The notes under the pieces are model-generated. The model was given only the letters and a program-made list of their open reading frames with translations. It was not told the DNA's origin and did no database searches. A stretch of DNA of 64,000 bases from contig NW_024704749.1 in NCBI RefSeq assembly GCF_018977255.1, forward strand, positions 21,080,001 to 21,144,000, written 5' to 3'. Shown here in pieces: positions 1 to 16,923 of this stretch; the first letter of the stretch is position 1; every line of letters begins with the position of its first letter. The translations under genes and the position numbers were made by a program. This DNA comes from Callorhinchus milii. Its lineage: Eukaryota.

Positions 1-573
1 GGAATGACTGTGCATTTTGGGGGCGAAACGCAGCACCTGGAATATGTTATCCATCTCTACACACATATACACACATATATAGGGTATCATTTTGTACTGT
101 ACACGTTTACGGTATATGTATATATATATACACTGTGAAGCACTTTGAGACATGTTGATGACGTGATAAGGCAAAGGGGGGTGTGGGGGGTCCGCGAGGC
201 GACGGGAAGGACTATTAAACTGTCTCAAAAGACAAACCCCCCGCAAACTAAACCGCAGACCCTAAGCCCCGGCAGCAGGAACTCGCCCTCCACCCCACCC
301 CACCCACCCCCCGGGGGGCAGCGCAGCCCTCGGGGCGTGAGTCAGCACTGGGGCCGCCGTGGCAGCCAAAGCTGCGCATGCGGCGGGTGCTCGGCAGAGG
401 GAGCTACCGCAGGGGCGGGCGGGCCGGGCCGGGCCCGGTCAGTGCGGGGAACCACCTGCCTCGGGGGCCTCGGGCCTCCTGCCCCGCGCGCTCGCCTGGC
501 CCGGCTGCCCGGCTCTCTCACCCCCCCCCCCTGGCCCGGCCGCCCGGCTCCCCCCCTCTCCCTCAACCCTGAC

Positions 574-651
574 CTGCTTGGACTTGGATTGGGCTGTGCT
601 CGGCCCCTTCTTCCTCAACACCGTCACCGTGTCCCAGTCGCTCTCCGCCAT
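574..651 (-). CDS. EDF1: Endothelial differentiation-related factor 1 (MBF1), first coding exon; rest of gene lies left of the window
   Basis: ATG at 651-649, encodes [26 protein letters not shown] (26 codons, typical EDF1/MBF1 N-terminus), followed by GT donor at 573-572; lies in a CpG island. Confidence 0.95.
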
Positions 652-769
652 TGTCCTCTCGCAGCTGTCTTCAGTGCGTGCGTGCCGTGCGTGCATGCGC
701 ACGCGCAGCTCGCGCGCCGCCGTCCCTCCGTCACCGCGTAAACAAGAAGTTTTTATGAGGCGCGAGGAC

Positions 770-945
770 AGCCAGCCAATCGCAGGCGCGGAGTCGAGGC
801 AGCCAATCGCAGGCGCGGAGTCAGGCAGCCAATCGCAGGTAGGGAGGCAGTTAACCAATCACAGGGAGACGATTAGCCAATCACAGACAGGCAGTCATTG
901 AGCCAATCACAGGTCGGCAGGGAGCCAGCGAGCCAATCACAGGCG
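770..945. promoter_or_regulatory. Bidirectional EDF1/UAP1L1 promoter with seven CCAAT (NF-Y) boxes
   Basis: CCAAT at 776, 803, 829, 855, 877, 903, 933, mostly in AGCCAATC(G/A)CAG context, between divergent ATGs (651 and 1021); NRF1-like GCATGCGC near 693. Confidence 0.8.
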
Positions 946-1020
946 AGGAGGCAGAGCGCGGGCTCAGCGCGCGCGATGCCGTCTGGACAGACGGGGGAGT
1001 CGCGAGCTGGAGGTGGAAGG

Positions 1021-7730
<6,710 letters not shown>

Positions 7731-8008
7731 TGTTGGGAGAAACACCTTCGCTGCTGGCATTGTAATTAATTGAAAACAGTTGGGTGGTGCGTTTACTATG
7801 GCGTCCAAACATTTACAGCATTTCCTCAGTCCTCGAGTGTGGGGGTTGTGTCCATACATTCCACAGGTCCGAAGCCCTTTCAAGGTGGTTTTCTTGGCCG
7901 TATTAGTCCTATGTCACAGTCCTCAGGCTTCTATCATACGGTCATAAACTGGCTGGCCAGTTGTTCCTGTGCTTCACAAGGAGAGATCTCAGCAATCCAC
8001 CTGTGACG

Positions 8009-8352
8009 GTGGATTCCTGTAGCATAATGGTTAACACACTCGCCTCGCAAGCGAGCGGAACCAGGTTAAATTCCTGAGCGCGGTGAAACCTTGGGCAAGT
8101 TTCTTTACTCTTCACGCCTCTGTTTATCCAGCAATAAGTAGGAACCCGGTTGTTAGTTGATTGGCGAATCACTTTAAGGGATGATAATAATCCCTCCAAA
8201 AAATTTGCTCCATTGTTTGTGAGCACTGCTGTGCGCAATTGGCTGCCACGTTAGTGGTTAGTCAATTCACTTTACAGTATATTTTGTGAATGCGTTTTGA
8301 GATGTCTCGAAGACGTGATAAGGCGCTATATCAAATGCAAGGATTATTATTA
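8009..8352 (+). mobile_element. tRNA-derived SINE (long subfamily), full length
   Basis: Starts ggtggattcctgtagc, ends aaggcgctatatcaaatgcaaggattattattat. Confidence 0.8.
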
Positions 8353-8812
8353 TGCTTTGTGATACTATTGTGCTTTTTATAAATCCACAAACTTTCAGTA
8401 CTATATAACTTTATGTATACTTTATACCTTTGTAATTCTATAACTTTGAAAGAGAATGATCTGATATTGACCTATGCTTTAAAGTGCCTTTCCTGGTCCT
8501 CCGGCAGAAATATCTGGAGACATTGTGCAATTACTGAGGTAACATTTCATTTTCTGCCTCAATAGCTGTGAGAGCCAGTGCAATAAATTGGGATTAATAT
8601 CAATGCCAAATTTTGTCTGTCTCTTGCTGTAACCCAGGCTCCAGGCCTTGCTCCTGACCAAACTGCCCGGCAGTATGAACTCCCATTTGCTAACAGTGGA
8701 GCACAAGCCCAGATTACAATTTTCAGTGAAGTAAATCTCACCGCAGGAGTGAGTTGCTGGAAGGGATGGGTGAATGATTGGGTGAATTGTGAGCTGTTTC
8801 TGGTCTGATATA

Positions 8813-9067
8813 CATGTCCACAAAGCCGTTACCCCTCCCCCCGCCCCGTTTCAAACCACAATATGAGACAACAGAGGGGCTGAAACAAGCTGTCAGAGAT
8901 GCCTTCTCGCTCCATCCATCCATCCATGCCACAGCAAACGTGGTGACGGACCATTGTCTGCCATGAAAATGATGGTGCTCCCACCAATTCTCCACATGTT
9001 TCAGTTGTTGGTCAGGGTATTGTAGGGAAAAGAAACATGGGGGTAAGAGGACTTTATGGACACCCTG
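8813..9067 (+). mobile_element. Non-autonomous Tc1/mariner element (degraded copy)
   Basis: Internal sequence matches 57726-58107 (gctgaaacaa.ctgtcagagatgc, ctgccatgaaaatgatgg); right TIR ggactttatggacaccctg. Confidence 0.7.
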
Positions 9068-10210
9068 TGTGTTGTGTGGAGATAATAACAATTATGGAGA
9101 CTTTGAGAAAGGATCCGTGAGGCATGTAATTCTATCGTACATCTGTTTGAAGCGCTTTGAGAAGTCTCAAAGACCTGATAAGGTGCTATATCAAATGCAA
9201 GGATTATACAGTCAATTCACTTACAGTCTATTCTGTGAAGCGCTTTAAGACGTCGAGAAGACGTGCAAAGCTCTATATCAAATGCAATGATTATTATTAA
9301 TATTATTCTGTCAAGATCCTACATGAACTAAATAAGATGAGCCGCATTTAAAAGTCCTTTAATCCGGGGCTGAAAAGGGCTGTGATGCCGACCGGCTGCT
9401 TCAGGTCCCCCGCACTTCCCTCCCCACCATTGACGATCCGGCATTCAGCATCAATGCCCCCACGTTCTGGAACTCTTATCGCTCGGTCCCTCCGCCTCAA
9501 CCCCTCTTCAAGTCCCATCTCTTCGACTGTGCCTTTAGCCACCCTCCTACCAGAACCCGAACCCCACCCCCGGCCTGCTCCAATCCCCTTCTAAGCCCAA
9601 TTCCCGGCTCAGGTCCAAACAACAAAATTGCGTTTGTGCAGCGCCTTTCACGTCAGGAGAGGGTCCCCGGGCACTGGGCAGACAGAGCTTGGGGGGGGGA
9701 AAAACCCAAACCTCCTGACTGTCCCTCCACTGCGCCCTGGGACGCCTTTCCGACGTGAAGGGCTCNNNNNNNNNNNNNNNNNNNNNNNNNNNNNNNNNNN
9801 NNNNNNNNNNNNNNNNNNNNNNNNNNNNNNNNNNNNNNNNNNNNNNNNNNNNNNNNNNNNNNNNNNNNNNNNNNNNNNNNNNNNNNNNNNNNNNNNNNNN
9901 NNNNNNNNNNNNNNNNNNNNNNNNNNNNNNNNNNNNNNNNNNNNNNNNNNNNNNNNNNNNNNNNNNNNNNNNNNNNNNNNNNNNNNNNNNNNNNNNNNNN
10001 NNNNNNNNNNNNNNNNNNNNNNNNNNNNNNNNNNNNNNNNNNNNNNNNNNNNNNNNNNNNNNNNNNNNNNNNNNNNNNNNNNNNNNNNNNNNNNNNNNNN
10101 NNNNNNNNNNNNNNNNNNNNNNNNNNNNNNNNNNNNNNNNNNNNNNNNNNNNNNNNNNNNNNNNNNNNNNNNNNNGAAAATGGGAACCTGTTGTGTGTTC
10201 AGTTTGACTG

Positions 10211-10410
10211 GACCCCAATGGACCAATCAGCGTGAGGCTCCGAGTCCCCCGGCCAATCAGCGTGAGGCTCCGAGTCCCCCGGCCAATCAGCGTGAGGCTC
10301 CGAGTCCCCCGGCCAATCAGCGCCGGGGTGGGGGGGGAAAGGAACGTGGAGAGGAGTGGGTGACGTCACAGAGGGAAAAGTAACAAAAACTTTTTTCCCG
10401 CCACGTGACC
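10211..10410 (+). promoter_or_regulatory. SAPCD2 promoter: 30-bp tandem CCAAT repeats, CRE, E2F site, E-box
   Basis: CCAATCAG at 10223, 10253, 10283, 10313; TGACGTCA 10361-10368; TTTCCCGCC 10394-10402; CACGTG 10402-10407. Confidence 0.75.
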
Positions 10411-10561
10411 CCGCGCCGAGACTCTCCTCTCTCTCTCTCTCTCTGTCTCTTTTGGGGGAAAAAAAGTCCATCAAACAAAAACCTCAATTAAAAAACCCCA
10501 AATACCTGTGGTTTTGACCCTAAAAAAACCACACAGCCCCAGAGGAGGAGGAGGAGGAGCC

Positions 10562-10592
<31 letters not shown>

Positions 10593-10594
10593 CT

Positions 10595-13500
10595 ATGCAG
10601 CCCGCGGGGCCGGGGGGGCTGTGCCCCGGGGCTGTGCGCGGGGCCGGGCCCGGGGGAGCTGGAGCTGGAGGCGGGGCCGGGGCCGGGGCCGGGCTGCCGA
10701 GGGCTGCCCCGGGCTTTCCTGCACAGCCTCCGGACCCTGTTCGACATCCTGGATGACCAGCGGCGGGGTTTGGTGCACCTGCGGGAGATCGAGTCTCGCT
10801 GGCGGGGAGGGGAGGCTGACGAGGCCGAGGCGGCCCGAGTCCTGCAGTGTCTGCGGGACGTGGCCCCGCCCTCGGGGTACCTCACCTTCCACAGCTTCGT
10901 GATCGGACTCCGCTCGTCCCTCTTCGCCTCCGAGAGCGGCCGCCACCCGGGCGGGGGGGGCGGGGGGAGCGGGGGCGGGGCTGCTGCTGCCAACGGTGAG
11001 TCCGGAGGGAGGGAGAGTGGGGGGGAGGGAGGGGGGGAGGGAGAGTGGGGAGGGGAGGGAGGGAGGGGGAATGGGAGAGTGGGGGGGGGAGGGGAATGGA
11101 GAGTGGGGAGGGGGGAGGGAGGGGAATGGAGAGTGGGGGGGAGGGAGGGGGGGAGGGAGGGAGGGAGGGAGGGGAATGGGAGAGTGGGAGGGGAGGGAGG
11201 GAGGGGGAATGGGAGAGTGGGGGGGGAGGGGGGGAGGGGGAATGGGAGAGTGGGGGGGAGGGGGGGAGGGGGAATGGGAGAGTGGGGGGGGGGGGGAGGG
11301 AGGGGGAGGGAGGGAGGGAGGGGGAATGGGAGAGTGGGGGGGGAGGGAGGGAGGGGGAATGGGAGAGTGGGGGGGAGGGAGGGAGGGGGAATGGAGAGTG
11401 GGAGGGAGGGGGGAGGGGGAATGGGAGAGTGGGGGGAGGGAGGGAGGGGGAATGGGAGAGTGGGGGGGAGGGAGGGAGGGGGAATGGGAGAGTGGGGGGG
11501 GAGGGAGGGAGGGGGAAGGGAAGGGAGGGGGGGGAGGGAGGGAGGGGGAATGGGAGAGTGGGAGGGAGGGAGGGGGGAATGGGAGAGTGGGAGGGAGGGA
11601 GGGGGAATGGGAGAGTGGGAGGGAGGGAGGGGGAATGGGAGAGTGGGGGGGAGGGAGGGAGAATGGAGAGGGGGAGAGGGAGGGAGACATAATGGAGGGA
11701 GGGAAGGAGGGAATCGAGGATGGAGGGGAAAGAGGGAGGGAATCGAGGATGGAAGAGGGAGGGAGGGATGGAGGGGAAGAGGGAGGGAGGGGGAAGAGGG
11801 AGGGAATCGAGGATGGAAGAGGGAGGGAGGGATGGAGGGGAAGAGGGATGGAGGGACTCGAGGATGGAGGGGGAAGAGGGATGGAGGGAATCGAGGATGG
11901 AGGGGGAAGAGGGATGGAGGGAATCGAGGATGGAGGGGGAAGAGGGAGGGAGGGATGGAGTCAGGAAAGAAAGCCAAGTGCAAAAACGGAGCCGTGTTGC
12001 CCGGGTTTATATTTTCCCGCAGTGCCATTTTCAACTTTTTAAAGATAAATGAAATGTAAAATTGTATTTTTATCCTTTTCCATTTGTGTGGAGCCGGAGG
12101 GTGCAGAGTCTCTTGTAAGGAGTGGAGTCCTGTTGCTCAGTGGTTAGAGCACTCGCTTTGCAAGCGAGAGACCTGAGTTCAATTCCAGGCAGAGGGCGAA
12201 ACCTTGGGCAAGTTTCCTTACTCCACACAGAGCCTAATAATAATCCCTCCAAAACCAAAACAATAATAAATTGGTCATTTTCAATCTACGACTGTTTGTG
12301 GGACATTGCTGTGCGCAATTGGCCGCCGCGTTCGCCCACAAATATACAGTCAATTCACTTTACAGTGTGTTCTGTGAAGCGCTTTGGGACGTCCTCTCCC
12401 GACGTGAAAAGCGCTATATCAAATGTAAGGATTGTTATTATTATTACTATAAGGTTCAGAGATCTCTTCCCCCACTCTCCTTCCTCCCCCACCACCACCA
12501 CAAAAAATACGCACATCTACTGTACTTGGTAAAGAATAATAATCCTCGCCTCATCGCGTCACCGAGACGTCTCAAAGCGCTTCGCAGATTATACTGTAAA
12601 TTGAACTGTTTTTTTTTTCATTTGTAGGCGAAACGCGGCAGCCAATTGCACACAGCGGAGTCCCACAAACAGTCGTGGATTGAGTGACCCGATTTTTTTT
12701 TTTTTTGTGAGGGATTACTACCCCCTGTAAAAGCGATCGGCCCAATCGACCACCAACCGGGTTCCTCCTCACTGCTCGGTAAACCGGAGTAAGGAAACTT
12801 GCCCGAGTAAACTGATATCTCGACCCTGGTTTAACTTGTCACCGCCGCTCCAGGCCTTGTGCTGACAATATCCGAGCCCCAGTTATTTATGTATTCGTAT
12901 ATGTGCCTAACTCGCTCTCCTGATAACTTGTCGCTGCCCCTTTTCCCCCTGGAGTGACACGTTATCAGGTGTTTGACTATGTAGACGCAGGGTATGGTGT
13001 GTGGTGGGCACTTGCGAGCACTGCGCTGCTGGAGATGATGTCCTTTGGATGAGATATTAAACCCAATACCTGTCTGTAGGGAAAGGTGTGGAGAGAGTGA
13101 GGGGACGAGATGGAGAGTCCCCTGAATGGAGTTCCAGAGAGCGAAGCGTTGAACCCCCACCTGAGGTGGGGGGCATGAAGTAGGCTCGTTGAGGGAGCAG
13201 CCAGGGTTGCAGGAGGTCACGGAGGGTTGGGGGGGGGTAAGGCTGTGGGGGTATTTGAAAGCGGGGGATCGTAAATTCCTTTGGGGAATATTCACAACTG
13301 TGCTACACGTATTTAATGTGTGTGTGTGTGTTAGTCTGACGCAGAGGTAGTGCTCTCGTCTCCTGTCAGAAGGTTGTGGGTTCAATCTCCCCGGGTCGGG
13401 ACTTGAAATCAGATGATGCTCCAATGCAGAGCTGCTGGGGAGTGTGTGTTGCATTGTCCGGGGTGTCATCCTTCGGATGCGACGTTAAACCGAGGTCTCA

Positions 13501-16500
13501 TCTGCCTTGTGCGGGTGTTCGAAACGAGAAGGGAGATTCTCTCACCCCGTGTCCTGGCCAACGAATCCCCCAATAGAAAATTGGTCACTCGCTCCACGGC
13601 TGTTTGTGTGACGCTCCTGTGTGCAAACCGGCTGCCGCGATTCGCCCACACAAATACACAGTCACTCCACTTCACAGCATACCCTGTGAAGCGCTTTGAG
13701 ATGTCTCAGCAACGTGATAAAGCGCTGTGTCAAATCCTAGGATTGTTATTGTTGTTGACGCTTGCGGTTTGGAGGCTTCGTAAACGTTAGGGATTCCCTC
13801 CGTGTTCAACGCAGGGTCCAGAAGAACCGGGAGCATAGTCTTCAGGAGTAACGTGAGGCCGGTCGGCCCAGGTGTGTACGGAGGCTGCCACCAGCCCCGC
13901 TCCGCCACCGGGCAGCCCAAAGCCCTCGCAGTAAAGCACACCAACCACAAGGGAGCTCCGGAGAGGCGCAAATCCCCCTTGCGGGTGAGATCCATGAACA
14001 CTCCAGACCTGGTCCAGGAGCGGGTCAGCGAGGCGGACCCTGACTGCTGCGCAGTGCGAGGAGACGGACATCACAACACGGACTGCCAGGACCAGATGGA
14101 AGTGCAGATGAATGTGCAAACAGGTGTGAGAGAGAGGGGCGTTTCTCGTGACAATACACCTTGTCGTTTATTCGTAAATAAGTATTTATTTATTATAAAT
14201 TTCTAATACAGTTCTTTATTATTATTTATAATAAGCAAATATCTGGCACTGTCAAGCACCCTGCAAACCAATATAAATTTATATTGCCTGAGGGACGCTG
14301 TATAAAACACCAGATTGTTGTAGTTGTTGAGTGTCCTGCCAATACTCGCTCCCTGATACACACAGGGAGTAGGTTCCAGGGGACGTTATAGACATCTTGT
14401 GTGGGGCAGACAATATTGATGCGTCTGCATGGCTCGGTTGGTGGCGCTGGACATTAGCCGTGAGTAACGAGTTTGTGGGTTCAAACCCCACGTCAATACG
14501 TTAAATGGTTTCTGCTGTCTGCTTTCTTTCGGGGGAGAAATGTCACAGAACTTATTTTTTTCGGGGGGTTAAATGGGTCTGTGATGTGATGAGTGAGGGA
14601 GGGAGGGAGGGAAGGAGGGTTGACTGGATGGATAGAATGTTGTAATTATTGGTCTCTGCCACTGGAGGGAATCTGTGAGAGAGAGAGAGATCCAACTCCA
14701 TTCAATGAACCCGCGCTCATTGTTTCATTGTTTGTTGGCGACTCCGAGACCTGGTGCAATAGATACTGAGTGTATTCGGAGCGGGCAAGAAGCTACCGTG
14801 CCTCGCCCGGCCAGAACATTCAGTGGAATAGCGGCCCGTCCACTCCCTCCGCTTGGCCGACTCCATGTCGCCCGGCCCACGGTCAAGCGGTCAGGCCTTC
14901 AGCCTCTCTGCCCCCACCCTTTGGAGCTCCATCCCACATTCCCTTCGCCTCACCCTAGCTTCACACCCTTGCCTCCTTCAAGGCCGTATCAAGACCCTCC
15001 TTTTCGACTGTGCCTTCGTTCACCCGCCTACCCCAAACCCTCTCCACCCTCCACCCCACCTGATCCCCAAACACCACCACCCCCACCCACCCACCCCCCA
15101 CCCCCCCGATACCAACCTCCCCAAATTCCTGAAGTCCAGAGGCTCTGGACATCCTGCCAACGTGAAAGATACTGCACACGTGTAATGTGTTGTAGTTGAT
15201 TAAAGCGCAACAAGCCGCGATGGCCACGTCACTGTTGGCCCTCTTGCCTCCTCAGGTGTGGAGGGAAAGTGTATGAGCCGCTATCAGAGTGAGAGCAACG
15301 CCACGGGAATGCCCTACTCACGGAGAGGCAACCGCGATCGGACTCAACCCCGGAGACACACCATAACCAGCGGGGTTGACTACGACTTGGTGAGCTTTAC
15401 ACTCACTCACTCACACTCACCGCCCCCCCCCACTTACTCACTCAATCACTCGGGAGACACTGTTATTCAGTGTAGTTATTTGGGGACCTGCTCCCAGGAG
15501 TTTTCCAGTAACAACCTGCCATCCAGTATGCTGCTGGGGACAGGTGGCTGACACAAGCCCTGGGAGTTTCAGAGCAGGAGGGAATTAAAGGAACATTGTG
15601 TGTCAGCCTGGCTCAGTGGTGGCTCTCTCGCCCCTGAGTCAGAAGCTTGTGGGTTCAAACCCCCACGTCTGGACATCGCCTAAGCTGACACTCCAATGAA
15701 ACACTGGGCGGGGGGTTATGTTGTCAGAGGTGCCGTCCTTTGGACGAGTTGTTGAACCAAGGTCCCGTCTGCCAGTTCAAGTGAATGTTAAAGATTCCGT
15801 GGCACTATTCGGGAAGAGGAGGGAGTTTCTCTCTCCCGCTGTCCTGCTCAACAACCGCTCAAATAAAATTGGTCGCTCACTCCATGGCTGTTTGTGGGAC
15901 ACTGCTGTGTGCAATTGACTGCTGCTTTTTGCTCACAAAATACAGTCACTCTATGAAGCACCTTGAGACGTCACAACGATGTGATAAGGAGCGATATCAA
16001 ATGCAAGGTTTATTATTATTATGTTGTATTTTGCTGTCAAGGAAGGAACTTTTTGGTTTGAATCTCAAACTTTCCTTCCGATTTGTCTTGGAAGCTGTGT
16101 GTGTGTTCTCACCTCTTTCTCTCTCTCTCTCTCTCCCCCCGTTGATCACAGCTGAAGAGGATGAAGGAGCTAGAACAGGAGAAAGATGCTTTACTACAGG
16201 GACTGGAGGTGGTGGATTGTGCCCGGGAATGGTACCTCCGGCAAATCCAGGCTGTTCAAGAGCGACAGAAACAAGTTGGGAAAATCACAGACGCTCGTGT
16301 GAGTGAAGCCACCGCCTGTGATTAACAGAGAATCCTTCCCCGAGCAATCCCAGCCACTTAGTGAGACACTGCTGTGCACAATTGGCTGCTGCGTTTCGTC
16401 CACAAAACGTAGTCCATTCACGTTACAGTTTATTCTGTGAAGCGCTTTGAGATGTCTCGAAGATGTGATAAGGCTCTATATCAAATGCAAGGATTATTAT

Positions 16501-16888
16501 TATATTATTATAAGGTCTGAAATGCTGTTCTCTGTCCAGCGCCTTGGGACGTCCTCCCGACGTGAAAGGCGCTATACAAATGTAATCTTGTTGTTGTTAT
16601 TACTGATAATCTCCGTCACTGCTGGAGGTGTTTTCAGTGTTCCTCGCTCCCCTTCCCTGCGGGATCCTTTTGGTTGAATTGGGGGGAAAAAATGGGAGAC
16701 GTTTCCCCCTTGCCTTTCCCCAGCTGTCGTCTCCAAACCCCAGCTCGGGTACAAACCCTTCACTGACCAGCACATTGGGACGTCCTCCTGACGTGAAAGG
16801 TGAAAGGGAGCTGTATGTTTTTTCTTGCCTGATCTGTGTGTGTGTGTGTGTGTGTGGTGTGCCGGCAGTTATGTGATATTCCCTCACA

Positions 16889-16923
<35 letters not shown>

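Noticed and set aside
10221-10325. Regular 30-bp repeats as a CRISPR array
   Set aside because: Head-to-tail identical units with no spacers, in a vertebrate promoter.
9547-10383. ORFs spanning N runs (also 39759-40499, 51697-52188, 58920-60602)
   Set aside because: Artefacts of assembly gaps; only the exons listed are supported.
10520-12059. Long Pro-rich / Gly-Glu-Arg-rich ORFs (up to 504 aa)
   Set aside because: Stop-free translation of the purine minisatellite; only 10701-10995 is real SAPCD2 coding sequence.
12122-12200. tRNA-Ala-like sequences (also 26338, 39098, 50289, 61857 and others)
   Set aside because: No proper acceptor stem; each continues into the same SINE body and tail, so these are SINE heads, not tRNA genes.
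12122-12532. Recurrent ORF '[32 protein letters not shown]...' appearing as a multi-copy gene family
   Set aside because: Translation of the young SINE consensus.
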